Below are positions 11,142 through 22,035 of a DNA stretch of 64,000 bases, in pieces. The notes beneath the pieces were generated by a model. That model was not told the origin of the DNA. It saw only the letters and a program-made list of their open reading frames with translations, and searched no databases. Position numbers and translations under genes: made by a program. The stretch's first letter is position 1. The number at the start of each line of letters is the position of its first letter. This DNA comes from Eledone cirrhosa (lineage: Eukaryota), in NCBI GenBank assembly GCA_964016885.1, contig OZ024742.1:360716001-360780000 (forward strand), read 5' to 3'.

Positions 11142-11239
11142 TATCTATCTATCTATTTATCTTACAATCATTCTATTACACTATTGCATCAACTTCACAC
11201 TAAGCTGTAGATACTATTTACAAGTTGTAGGCCAATAAG

Positions 11240-11560
11240 TGGAGGTGTGTGGCCTAATGGTAAGGGTGTTGGACTTACAATCATAATGTAGTGGGTTCGG
11301 TTCCTTGATTGCGTTGTGTGTTGTGTTCTTGAACAAAACACTTCATTTCTTGTTGCTCCAGTATATTCAGCTGAAAATGAGTACCAGCAATAGCTGAGGG
11401 TTTAACTCTGCAATGGACTGGCATCCTGTCCAGTGGAGAGTCTTGTATTCTGTCTCTTTGTTCCGTGAAACCAGGATAAGCACTGGACTGATGATCCTCA
11501 GGGGGCTCAAGACAGACTTTAACCCTGCAATGGACAGGCGTTCTGTCCAGGAGGCAGTCT
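11240..11560 (+). mobile_element. tRNA-derived SINE (body cagctgaaaatgagtacc...ccctgcaatggactgg)
   Basis: A-box tggcctaatggtaa and B-box gggttcggttcc. Near-identical body at 16542-16815. Confidence 0.8.
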
Positions 11561-11656
11561 TGTACTTAATATTATGATGGATATTAGATAAATATAAACA
11601 CTTTAAAATAAACAGCTTTGAATCAGACAAACAAGGACGGTTTCAGGCAGTTTGAT

Positions 11657-11850
11657 ATCATCATCATCATCACCGTTTAACGTTAATTTTCCACACTAGC
11701 ATGGGTTAGACGGGTTGTCCTATTTGAGGCAAGTCGAGGTCAGATGACCATGTCTTGTTCATACAGAACTGATTTTGGCTTGGTTTCTATGGCTGGATGT
11801 CCTTCCTAATGCCAACTACATTTACAATGAGTACTGGATGCTTTTTGTTG
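11657..11850 (-). mobile_element. RTE 3'-end fragment (similar to 10255-10450)
   Basis: Reverse complement of the RTE terminus with (CAT)n tail. Confidence 0.85.
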
Positions 11851-11995
11851 GTGTTAGGAAAGGCATCCAGCCGTAGAAAACCTGCCAGACAGTCCTATAC
11901 GAGCGAGACAACCAATCTTGCCTCAAGTGGAATAATTCCCGTCTAAACCCATGTTAGTGTGGAAGATAGATGTTAAACGATGATGATGATGATGA
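11847..11995 (+). mobile_element. RTE 3'-end fragment (second subfamily, similar to 26675-26820)
   Basis: gttggtgttaggaaaggcatccagccgtagaa...aaacgatgatgatga. Confidence 0.85.
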
Positions 11996-12008
11996 CATAC
12001 ACAACCTG

Positions 12009-12208
12009 TTTACAAAACCAACCGGCAGGAGACCCACCCAGCAGTAGACCCCGAGCAAGATGGTTGAAAAACATCGAGCTTGGCTGGTCTCACTTGGTGA
12101 TCTAGCCGGATCACCTGGAGACAATTGCTTCTAACAGGACTCACTGGAATGAGTGTTTGAGGACTCTTCCCCCAAGACTCTCCAAGGAATAAGTGGGTGA
12201 AGGAGAGG
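12009..12208 (+). mobile_element. Expander/Rex3-like RTE-clade 3' fragment
   Basis: KPTGRRP..RPRARW... homologous to 17608-17953 and 20345-20725. Confidence 0.75.
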
Positions 12209-12491
12209 TGATAGTTACCCTCCCTTATAGCAGTTATCAGCATTAAAATACATTCTACATCCTACATTGGTAAAACCTGTTTGAACCTCAGTAGAGATCT
12301 GATAATGTCTTTCAATGAAGACTTTTGTTGGAAACTGCTACAAAATAATGGAGTTTTGTTGAAGCTATTTTGTTTAGCAAAAACAAATCTTGTCCCTGCC
12401 TAGACAGAAGAGAGCTAGAATTTTATAGTGGCGTCTTTATAGCAATAATGGCATCATCTCTGGCCTTATACAATTGTTTGTCATGCAAAAT

Positions 12492-12700
12492 CTAACCCTT
12501 TAGTTACCAACCTGACTAAAACCAGCTCTGGTTCTATGAAATGAAACCACCCATTTTAAAGGTTTCCAATTTGAATTAAAATCTTCCAACATAATTTTAT
12601 ATAAGAACCTTACATTAAGTTACTATCTTAGTAATAAAATAATAATTTTAGTAAATCCCTCAAAATTCTTCATTAATTAATTAAAATATGAAAGGGTTAA
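12492..12700. mobile_element. TTAA-flanked MITE (piggyBac-like ends)
   Basis: taacccttt...aaagggttaa termini. Inverted copy at 16880-17107. Confidence 0.75.
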
Positions 12701-12827
12701 CACCAGCTAGATCATAAATATTTTGTGAAAAGGTTGCAAGGTTTTAGTACAATTTAAATCTTATGATTTGTAAATTTGAAAAACAATGAAAATATTATTA
12801 AAAATCAGCTGTAAAGACGCTAACAGT

Positions 12828-12932
12828 CACACCACCATCATCGTCTGTCCACTTCTCCATGCTGGCATGGGTTAGGCAGGATGTTTCGAGACAGTGTTTT
12901 ACAGCCGGATGCCTTTCCTGACCCCAACCCTT
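12828..12932 (-). mobile_element. RTE-type 3' tail fragment
   Basis: catcatcgtctgtcc...ccatgctggcatgggtt...cagccggatgcctttcct. Confidence 0.7.
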
Positions 12933-13027
12933 TTAGTCGTTTCTTACCACATGCAGGGATACGATGTGTCTATTCTAAACTGGATCCATATGACATCCAA
13001 CTTGTCTAAAATTACTAATATTAATGT

Positions 13028-13208
13028 TTAACCATTTTTATAACAACCCACCCAAAACCACTCCTTTTAAAGTGTTTCTATTTAATATTAAAAATTTGTT
13101 ACATAACATCTTAATAATGAAATAATCATTTTATTAAATCCCACCAAATTCTTAATTAGTGAAATACATTAATTAATGAATTGAATGATATGACAGTGAA
13201 AGAGTTAA
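13028..13208. mobile_element. Degenerate TTAA-MITE of the same family
   Basis: ttaaccattt...aaagagttaa, with internal similarity to 12492-12700. Confidence 0.55.
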
Positions 13209-13358
13209 ATGTTTTGGGTGGGAGGCAGCAAAGTTTATTTAGGTTTTAGAGACTTAGTCGGTGAGCTAATTCAAATTTAATTATGAGAGATGTTTTATCC
13301 TTGGGCAAGGAAGCAAGGGGGAAAGGTTTTCTGGGTTATAACATTCATTTCAGTGCTA

Positions 13359-13439
13359 TACAAGGTGCGGTAAAAATGCTGCCCACATTTTAAGGGGTGG
13401 CCGTATAAAATATGGGAGGTTTTCCTGCAGCACTCTGTA
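13359..13439. mobile_element. Tiny TA-flanked Tc1/mariner-type MITE
   Basis: tacaaggtgc...gcactctgta imperfect TIRs. Confidence 0.4.
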
Positions 13440-13881
13440 TTTATATCATTATTTATTTGAATTTCATAAGAATCACAATTGTAATATCATCTACTTAAGA
13501 TATAAATCTTGTGGGGGTATTTGAGGCTTGTTAGGTCTGACCAATGTAGGACAGGTGGTGAAAACTGCCACTCCCCGAACAGATCTGACATTTCTTGTGC
13601 CTGTTGATGATGGCACGAGTGCCACAGGAAACTCCCTGCAGGGTTAGTTATTTGGGTGGGCGGCACAAATCTCTCTGCAGAGGTAGTGAACTGGACAGAT
13701 GGCACGCTGCAGGAAACTCCCTGCAGAAGTCGTGATCTAGGTTGAGTATCATGGACTATTGAACATCATAAATGTAAATGTCACTTTAATTGTTAGTCAT
13801 GTATCACTGATGGATTGTTTGTTGTGGTAGTGAGTTATCTTTGGCATTGTTGTCTTGGACTTAGCTGTCTGAAAAATAATT

Positions 13882-14088
13882 TACTGTTTTTACTCAAATA
13901 TAAACCAAGGAATATGTGACCCCAAAAATTGATGGTAAAATGGAAGAGGTTGTCTTATATACACCATCTAAACAATGTGTTGATTAGCTGCCTTGGCTTA
14001 TAAACGGGGTTTGGATTTTTGTCCATTTCTCAAACATAAAACAGGTTGGCTTACATTCAGATCAGCTTATATTGGAGTATATACAGTA
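13882..14088. mobile_element. TA-flanked pogo/mariner-like MITE
   Basis: TIRs tactgtttttactcaaatataa / ttatattggagtatatacagta. Confidence 0.7.
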
Positions 14089-14317
14089 GTTCACAGTAAG
14101 TTTTTATATATTTCTGTGCTCATTTTTAGCTTGTTAGGGTTCATCACTTGTTTTTCTCCGATAGTAAACTGAAGCTACAATTTCATAGGATGATGTTATT
14201 GGTGATTATATTTATCTGCTCATCAAAGCACATAGACTAAGAAGTCTTCCTGGGTGTGAGTATCTGACACAAATATACATTGATAGAACCTTTAACCACT
14301 AAGCCATGTGCTTCACC

Positions 14318-14500
14318 AAGTAGAGTGTCGGGCCTGTAATCATGAGATTGTGAATTCAATTCCCAGACCGTGCTATGTGTTGTGTTCTTGAAGAAGAGAC
14401 TTTATTTCACGTTGCTCCAGTTCACTCAGCTGTAGAAATGAGTTACGACGTCACTGGTGCCAAGCTGTATCAGCCATTGCTTTTCCCTTGGACAACATTA
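14318..14500 (+). mobile_element. tRNA-derived SINE 5' part
   Basis: gaattcaattccc B-box, then gtgttgtgttcttga...ttgctccagttcactcagctgtagaaatgag. Confidence 0.7.
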
Positions 14501-14585
14501 TATATAATGTATATAGAGAATATATAGTGTATATATACATCGAGTATATAGTGTATATATATATATATATAGTATATAGTATATA

Positions 14586-15035
14586 ATAATGATAATAATA
14601 ATAATAATAATAATGAAATTATTGTGTAAAGTGCTCAGGTGCACTACAACTCGTCAAAGGTGTATGTATAGTACATAGAATAATACACAAATGTCAGGGA
14701 AGTACATGTGTGTATGTGTTAGCTATAGTGTTGGCGGATCTCGGGAAGCATGGAGGCTTTAAAGGATGCAGTGTCTCAACAGCTAACAACTGATGCAGGT
14801 AGTTTGTTCCATGCTTCAGCAACACTGAGCGTGAAAAAATGTTTCCGAAAGTCATGGTAACTGTGCTGTTTTCTTACTTTGTGGGCAGGTCCACGTGTGT
14901 TAGACACATGGAAATCGAAAAGGTACTCAGGGTTGTTGTTGGCAACATGGTTAACAATTTTGTGGGCGTTTACCAAGTCAGTTGCCAGGCATCGGAGCTT
15001 CAATGTATCCATGCCCAGAGAAGCAAGGATATAGT
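14586..15035 (-). mobile_element. CR1-clade LINE 3' fragment with (TTA)n tail
   Basis: LGMDTLKLRCLATDL..HKI...TRG..HKVRK....RKHFFTLSVAEAWNKLPASVV is a canonical CR1 ORF2 C-terminus. Confidence 0.85.
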
Positions 15036-15235
15036 GTGATGTCACTGGTACAAAGCTGTATCGGTCATTGCCTTTCCCTTGGATAATATCAGTGGAGTGG
15101 AGAGGGGAGACTGGTATGTATGGATGACTGCTGGTCTTCCATAAACAACCTTGTTCGAACTTTTGCCTTGGAGTGGAACTCTCTAGGTGCAAATCCCATG
15201 GTCATTCTTAAATGAAGGAGGGCATTACACTTTAT
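15036..15235 (+). mobile_element. SINE 3' part resuming after the CR1 fragment
   Basis: Begins with a diverged copy of 14445-14500 and continues to gtgcaaatcccatggtcatt. Confidence 0.6.
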
Positions 15236-15339
15236 TTGGTGAATATAATTTTAACTCTTAACCTCCTGTAATGATTTAGCAGAAAATATCTAAAAACAGA
15301 TTTGTTAATTCAAATATTTATAGTATATTTTCTACTGAA

Positions 15340-15440
15340 CATCATCATCATCTAATGTCCATCTTCCACGCTAGCATGGGTTCGACAGTTTTGTCCCACT
15401 TGAAACAAGATTGATTGAGAGACCGTGTCTCGCTTGTACA
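15340..15440 (-). mobile_element. RTE 3' tail fragment
   Basis: catcatcatc...cttccacgctagcatgggtt. Confidence 0.75.
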
Positions 15441-15732
15441 GTACATTTCCAGTAAACTAAAAGATTTCAATTATTAATGTGATGCAATCATAGTGCTGTT
15501 TTGTACTTTTCAAGAATGTCATGCTTATAATGTGGTTTCACGTGGTACAGGACATAAGGAGTTAAACCTAATTTAACATTGGTGACCTTTCAACAATTTC
15601 ATTTGATTTTGGATGATATAAAGGTATTTTCAGAGATCTGATCTTATCAGCCATCTACAGAAGCCATTATCAAGAAACTGACATCTTCAGACGCTAATGA
15701 TCCTGGAATGCCATTTCTCGTAAATATAATTC

Positions 15733-15973
15733 TTAACCCTCTCCTTACCGTATTTTTGTATAAAAGACACTGCACATGATTTTCATTTCTCTTTGAAAAT
15801 ACTAAAAAATACGGAGGTATTTACTAATATAACTAACTTTCTCATTATCAGTCTGGAGTTTGGAACATAACTTAACAAAGGTTCTTACATAAAAGTATGA
15901 TGGAAAGTTTGTAGATAAATATAAACAGTTTAGTATTATAGAACCAGGGGTGGTTTCATATCTAAAGGGTTAA
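15733..15973. mobile_element. TTAA-flanked MITE
   Basis: ttaaccct...aaagggttaa. Body related to 16880-17107 and 19185-19550. Confidence 0.7.
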
Positions 15974-16541
15974 TACATGTTAAACAGTTTCTTCATTATT
16001 AACTCATCGCTGATCACTGCTATTGGAGCAGAGTTGGCTACCTGCAGTGGGAACCCTCTCACGTGGAGTAGTTGTTCCAGTGTATCACTTTTACCATACT
16101 CAGGGGCAATGTCTTCTAAATCCTATCAACCAGGATTACTAGGTGGAATGACTCTTTATTTATGGTGGTGGCATGTCAAATATATTTACTTCCATAAGCA
16201 TAAGAAGGTTGAGAACTGCCCTGATATGGTTTGGGGTAACAAACTTCAGCAACTCTGGAGAGATAAAAAGCATTCTAAGGATTATTGTTATATTTGGGGA
16301 GGGTGATGTTATCCTAATGTTGCCATATAACAATATATGTTTCAACACATGATTTCATATCAAATATATCACTGCTATTTTAAGGATTATTAAACCAAAC
16401 AGTTATTTCATTAAATTCCAATATATAATGTCATAGAGACACCATGTTGAACATAGACTGTTTGAGTGAGGCAGAGTCCTCTAATCCATCTCGGATGGCA
16501 GTAACTCCTCTGACCAGTCACTCCTAAATTCTTGATAAATG

Positions 16542-16825
16542 AAGGCACGTGGCCTTGTGGTAAGTGTGTTGGACTTATCATAACATCACGGATTCGATTC
16601 CTGGACTGGGTTGTGTGTTGTGTTCTTGAGAAAAACATTTCATTTCACATTGCTCCTGTATACTCAGCTGAAAATGAGTACCAGCAATAGCTGGAGGTTT
16701 AGCCCTGCAATGGACTGGTGTCCTGTCCAGAGGGGGAGTCATGTATTCTCAGTTACTTCATACCATGGAAACCAGTATAAGCACCGACCCGATGAGCCAC
16801 CAGGTTCATGGTAGGCTTTAGACTT
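16542..16825 (+). mobile_element. tRNA-derived SINE, full-length
   Basis: A-box tggccttgtggtaa and B-box ggattcgattcc. Body matches 11240-11500. Confidence 0.82.
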
Positions 16826-16879
16826 TTAAATTCTTGATAGAAGAGTGATCTATATACAAACATATTCATGCTATAACAT

Positions 16880-17107
16880 GGCCACATTTCTAATGAAATA
16901 TACTCTATTTTAAATTAATTAATGAGGAATTTTGAGGGATGTACTAAAATTATTAATTATTTCATTACTAAGATAGTAACTTAATGTAAGGTTCTTATAT
17001 AAAATTATGTTGGAAGATTTTAATTTAGATTGGAAACCTTTAAAACAAGTTGTTATATTTCATAGAACCAGAGCTGGTTTTGGCCAGGTTGGTAACTAAA
17101 GGGTTAA
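16880..17107. mobile_element. TTAA-MITE, reverse complement of 12492-12700
   Basis: catagaaccagagctggttttggccaggttggtaactaaagggttaa is the reverse complement of 12492-12540. Confidence 0.8.
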
Positions 17108-17444
17108 TTCCTTAGGTGAAGAAGTATGTACTGAGTGAAGTAATTTTATTTTATTTTAGCACATGTTGGATATCTTCTTACACATCTTTTTCACATCTTT
17201 CACACTAACATGTCTACAATGTTTCTAATTTCAACCAAATTCTTTATTAAATCATCACTCACAGTATTTATCTTCAATCATCTCAAAAAGCTCAATGGAA
17301 TAATTAATTCTCCATCATACATGATAGTATCTTCAACTATTGACTTAGTTTTAAAATAATTTAAATGGCTTTTTTTTTTAAATCATAGAACAATTTCTCC
17401 AATTACTGTTAAAAATCTTTTTTGATGTATCAGAAAACTAGTAA

Positions 17445-18058
17445 ATTAGGGGGAAGGGCAAAGTTTATTGATTTAACCCCAGTACTTGACTGGTACTATA
17501 TGTTATCAACCTGAGAAGGGTGAAATTGAAAGTTCACCTCAGCGACATTTGAACTTAGAATATAAAGGGCCAGAAAAAATATCAAAATAGTATTTTATCC
17601 AATGCTTCGGAGTAACATTACTTGACAGAGTGCATAGCTCAGAGATGAGAGAGTCACTCCAGGTAGAGCTGCTACTCCTCTGAATTGAGAGATTACAGCT
17701 CTGATACTATGGACTTATGGTTAGAATGTCTCAAGAAAGAATTGCTGGACAGGTTTTACAGGCACAACGACCTGGCAGGAGACCCAGGGGTAGAACTCGA
17801 GCAAGTTGGTTGGATAACATCCATGAGCTTGGTAGGTCTTGCTTTGAAGATCCAGCTGGATCAGTTGGAGCCGGTTGCTTCTGACAGACTCCGGCTAGGA
17901 GTCTGAAGACTCTCCCTTCATGACCCTCTCAGGAATAAGTGGGCAAGGAAGATGCACTACCAATTCTGCCAATCTACATTTGAACTCAGAATATAAAGAG
18001 TCAGAACAAATACTGCAATTGTATTTCATCTGATGTTCTACCGATTTTGCCAATCCAC
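17445..18058 (-). mobile_element. Cephalopod-type tRNA SINE split by an Expander fragment, with partial head duplication
   Basis: ccccagtacttgactggtact...gaaagttcacctcagcgacatttgaact...ttctgccaatc. The head segment is repeated at 17976-18058. Confidence 0.65.
17608..17953 (+). mobile_element. Expander/Rex3-like RTE 3' fragment
   Basis: LDRVHSSEMRESLQVELLLL*IERLQL...GRRPRGRTRASWLDNIHEL. Confidence 0.82.
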
Positions 18059-18184
18059 TACAGTTTTATATTTTTATGTTTTCTAGTACCAGTAATTCAT
18101 AAGATGAAAGTATGATGATCATTAATCTCACATTCAAGTTGTGATAATCCATTATTATGTTATTTGATTTGAGATCCCTTCACT

Positions 18185-18510
18185 TATTCTCTGGTCCCAA
18201 ATAATGGGAAGGGGAAATAAGTGGAGGGAGTTGGAATAAGGGGATGGAGGTGGATAATTGGTAATTTTTCTAGGTTGTCTCTGTTGATTTCTAAAAACCA
18301 GAATTAGTCGTTTAGTTTACATATTGAGACCCCAACCCATCCTGTTTATTTTATAACATATGGGATTTTTTGTCATGTATAATGTTTTTTGACATCTAAA
18401 GAAAATTAATTGTCGCAGGAATGCTACCACTTAAAATAAAATTTTGCCTGGGGGGGTCTGAAAAATAAATAAGTGGAGGGACGGGAACGATTATTTTAGA
18501 CCCAAGAGTA
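18185..18510. mobile_element. TA-flanked DNA-transposon MITE
   Basis: TIRs tattctctggtcccaaataat / attattttagacccaagagta. Second copy at 25731-26125. Confidence 0.75.
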
Positions 18511-18558
18511 ATCCATTTTGTGATGGGATATTGACATCTGTAAGTTCCAATCTGCAAT

Positions 18559-18704
18559 ATACAAGGGTCAAGTTCATAGGCTGACCAAGATACTCTCATG
18601 TTATGACCAAATAAGGTTTATTTTTCAACATAGTCCCCGGAAAGAAACAATGCATAATTCATGCAAAATATCACAGCCTATAAACTTTTCTGTCTACCCT
18701 CATA
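18559..18704. mobile_element. Mariner-like MITE
   Basis: tacaagggtc..aagttcataggctgac / cagcctataaacttttctgtctaccctcata. Second copy at 24281-24478. Confidence 0.7.
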
Positions 18705-19042
18705 TGTGGATGTTACTTTCAGTCAGCCACAATTGTTAAGAATAAATTCTACTGACCAATATTCTGTGACCAATTTCAATTTTCAGACCCGAAAAAGGCA
18801 TGGGTTCGGCTAGGTTTTAAAGCTACTCCCAAAACACTATGTCACTACACCCCCACCCCCTCCATATAATTTCACTAGGATCTATGAGTCAAAAGAAAGA
18901 AGACTGTTTAGATACTCACATGCCAGCTGTTGTGTAATTTGAATACTTTCATCTTTTGCACTTTGTCCTTCAGTTCCAATATCATGAATAAGTTTAATAG
19001 ATTAGGTTTGATTTTAATGTTGTTATAAAAATCTGACCATTT

Positions 19043-19217
19043 CAGCAATATCATTATCTTTTCAGGGTTAACCCCTTATTAATATATTTTAATGAAAGAC
19101 AGCAATGTCATTATCTTTTGAGGGTTAACCCCCTTATTAATATATTTTAATAAAAGACAGCATTGTCATTATCTTTTGAGGGTTAACCCCCTTATTAATA
19201 TATTTTAATAAAAGACA
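19043..19217. repeat. 3 x ~57-bp tandem repeat containing gggttaaccc (MITE end junction)
   Basis: cagcaat(g)tcattatcttttgagggttaacccccttattaatatattttaataaaaga x3. Confidence 0.85.
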
Positions 19218-19550
19218 TGTCAAGGACTTGCAAATCATTTTGAAAATAATCAAGAATTTGGAAGGGTAATATAACTAAATTTTCTCATTATTAAGTGGGC
19301 AATGCGTTATGTCCTTGGGCAAGACATTTTATTTCACGTTGCTCCTTCTACCTGGAGTTGCGCCTGATAGATAGTATTAGCAGTTGGAAAGACCAATGGA
19401 AGCATTGTTTCCTCGGTCCGGTTTGACGAAAGTCAATCGTTCCTAAGCTGGTGTTTGGAGCATAACATAGCAAATATTCTGACATGAAATTATGATGGGA
19501 GGTTTTTATATGAAAGAAACAAGTTAATATAAACCAAGTTTTCTCGAATA

Positions 19551-19867
19551 TCTAGCTGGAGTGTGAGTAGAGGAATACAACTCTAGCTGGAGTGTGAGTA
19601 GAGGAATACAACTCTAGCTGGAGCATGAGTAGAGGAATACAACTCTGGCTGGAGTGTGAGTAGAGGAATACAACTCTGGCTGGAGTGTGAGTAGAGGAAT
19701 ACAACTCTGGCTGGAGTGTGAGTAGAGGAATACAACTCTGGCTGGAGTGTGAGTAGAGGAATACAACTCTGGCTGGAGTGTGAGTAGAGGAATACAACTC
19801 TGGCTGGAGTGTGAGTAGAGGAATACAATTCTGGCTGGAGTGTGAGTAGAGGAATACAACTCTGGCT
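19551..19867. repeat. 31-bp minisatellite, ~10 near-perfect copies
   Basis: tctggctggagtgtgagtagaggaatacaac tandem. Confidence 0.95.
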
Positions 19868-20344
19868 CTGCATGTTCCATTGTATTTCTTACATGCTCAC
19901 CCTTTATCTCCCTTTGTTGTGGAACTCTTCTTTGTTAAGCGTCAAAGCTATTTCGTCACTTTGCAAATGGTGCACCCATGGACTCAGACATGCTGAGAGC
20001 TTCTTTTGTCATTGCTTCAGTCCTGAGAAAAGCAAAGTGTGTTTGAGATTTATTTAGTGAGTGTATTAGAATTCATAGAATAATCAGAAGTATTCAATGC
20101 AAAGCAGCTGTTAAAGCATCAAAATACTGTCAATGATAGTGTCAGATAAAATTACCTCATTGGACAGAAATCAGTAGCTAGAAGTGTGTTGGGCCTCAGA
20201 AGTGATAGGAAGAAAGGAAGACAAGATCACACAAATATCTTTTAACCTCTTCAGCTCTCAGACTGACAGTGGTTTCACACGATTATACTTAGGGGTTAAT
20301 ATCATAGAATATGGAGTAGTTTTTGGCAGTTTGGTATATAAGGG

Positions 20345-20725
20345 GTTCTTCTTCTTTGCCCACTTGTTCCTGAGAGGGTCGTGGGAGCAGAGTCCTCAAA
20401 CACTCCTTCCAGCAGGTCCTGTCAGAAGCAATCATCTCTAACTGATCCAGCTGGATCCCCAAGTGTGACCAGCCAAACTCATGGATGTTATCCAACCATC
20501 TTGCTCAGGGTCTACCCTTGGGTCTCCCGCCGGTTGGTTTCGTCCATAAAATCTGTCCAGCAATTCTTTCCTGAGACATTCTAACCCCATTCCCATAGTA
20601 TCAGAGCTGTGATCTCTCAATTCGGAGAAGTAGCAGTTCTACCTGGAGTGACTCTCTCATCTCCAAACTACGCACTCTGTCGAGTAACGTTACTTCAAAA
20701 ATGTTTTGGAGGACCCTCATTTCGG
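20345..20725 (-). mobile_element. Expander/Rex3-like RTE 3' fragment
   Basis: AAEMRVLQNIFEVTLLDRVRSLEMRESLQVELLLLRIERSQL...WKECLRTLLPRPSQE. Confidence 0.85.
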
Positions 20726-20864
20726 CTGCAGATCTTATACTGCTAAACTTCTTTGTTTCAAATACCAAGGGTTTCACTTTTATCATTACCAAAACATTTT
20801 GTATGGACATCACTGAAAAAGACCCATCCAACCCATGCAAGCGTGGGAAAAGAAAAAAAAAAAA

Positions 20865-21001
20865 GATGATGATGGAGGTGGTGGTGGTGAGTTTGATGAT
20901 GTTTATGATGGTGATGACGATAGTGGTGGTGGTGATGGTGATGAGTTTGATGATGTTTATGATGGTGATGATGATAGTGGTGGTGGTGATGGTGATGATG
21001 A
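20865..21001. repeat. (GAT/GGT)n low-complexity tract
   Basis: gatgatgatg/ggtggtggt with an internal ~63-bp duplication. Confidence 0.85.
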
Positions 21002-21218
21002 TATTTTGTTGTTTTTTATCATCAGTAATCAGAAGTTCTTTCCTCCTCTTCCTTGTAGTAGTAGCAGCAAGACACCACAGCCAAGTGTTCTGTCATATCT
21101 GGGACATTAGAAGTTTGTTATTAACCATTAACCATCAGATGTTTGTGTAGTTATAGTCACATGTGATTCTCTCATAAGTGACATATTCAAACAGTTTCAT
21201 TGAACTAGCAGCCACACC

Positions 21219-21578
21219 TCATCATCATCGTTTAACGTCCATCTTCCACGCTAGCATGGGTTTAGACGGTAATTTTCCCACTTGAGGCAAGATTGGTTGT
21301 CTTGCTCATATAGGACTGTCTGGCGGGTTTTCTACGGCTGGATGCCCTTCCTAACACCAACCATGTTTACAGTGTGGACTGGGAGGTTTTTACCGTGTTA
21401 CCTACACGGCCACATTACAGTGTGGACTGTGTTTTTTTGTCGTGACACCTACACAACCTCATTTATTTTGGACTGGATGTTGTGGTACCAACATAACTTT
21501 ACAGAGAAAGGGGATGGTGTGGATGGGGTGGGGGTAGTGGGATGGAGGTGTATTTTGGTAAGAGGTGCCTACTGACTG
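21219..21578 (-). mobile_element. RTE subfamily-B 3'UTR
   Basis: Reverse complement of 26458-26820. Confidence 0.88.
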
Positions 21579-21802
21579 TTTCACCACCATCATCATCATC
21601 TTTGTTTTTTTTTTCCCACGCTCGCATGGGTTGGATGGGTTTTTTTCAGTGATGTCCATACAAAATGTTTTGGTAATAATGAAACCCTTGGTATTTGAAA
21701 CAAAGAAGGCACAAATTACTCTAATCATGTGAAGCATGTAATATATATGTCAATAATCTAAACATAACAATGATGTAGCTTTTAGTATACTAATATTATA
21801 GA

Positions 21803-21995
21803 ATAATGGTTTCTGATTTAGGCACAAGGCCAAGAATTTTGGAGGAGGGGAAAGTCGATTAAATTGACCTCAGCACATAACTGGTACTTTATTTTATAAA
21901 CCCCCGTAAGGATGAAAGCAAAAGCTAGCCATGGCGGGATTTGAACTCAAAACATAAAGGGACGTAACTATTTGCAGGATATTCGATGATTTACC
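21803..21995 (-). mobile_element. Cephalopod-type tRNA SINE
   Basis: ggcacaaggcc...gtcgatt...ctggtactttattttat...aggatgaaag...gcgggatttgaactc. Confidence 0.75.
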
Positions 21996-22035
21996 GATAC
22001 TGTAGATAATAATAATAATAATAATAATGATGATT

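Noticed and set aside
11240-11310. tRNA genes at SINE heads (also 10533-10570 and 16542-16605)
   Set aside because: A/B boxes are present but the cloverleaf is degenerate and SINE bodies follow.
13487-13730. 72-aa ORF with direct repeat caggaaactccctgcag (x2)
   Set aside because: There is no recognisable domain or clear splice context. It is probably an unclassified repeat fragment.
19551-19867. 31-bp direct repeats as CRISPR repeats or a repeat protein
   Set aside because: There are no spacers, and the same peptide appears in three frames because 31 is not a multiple of 3.
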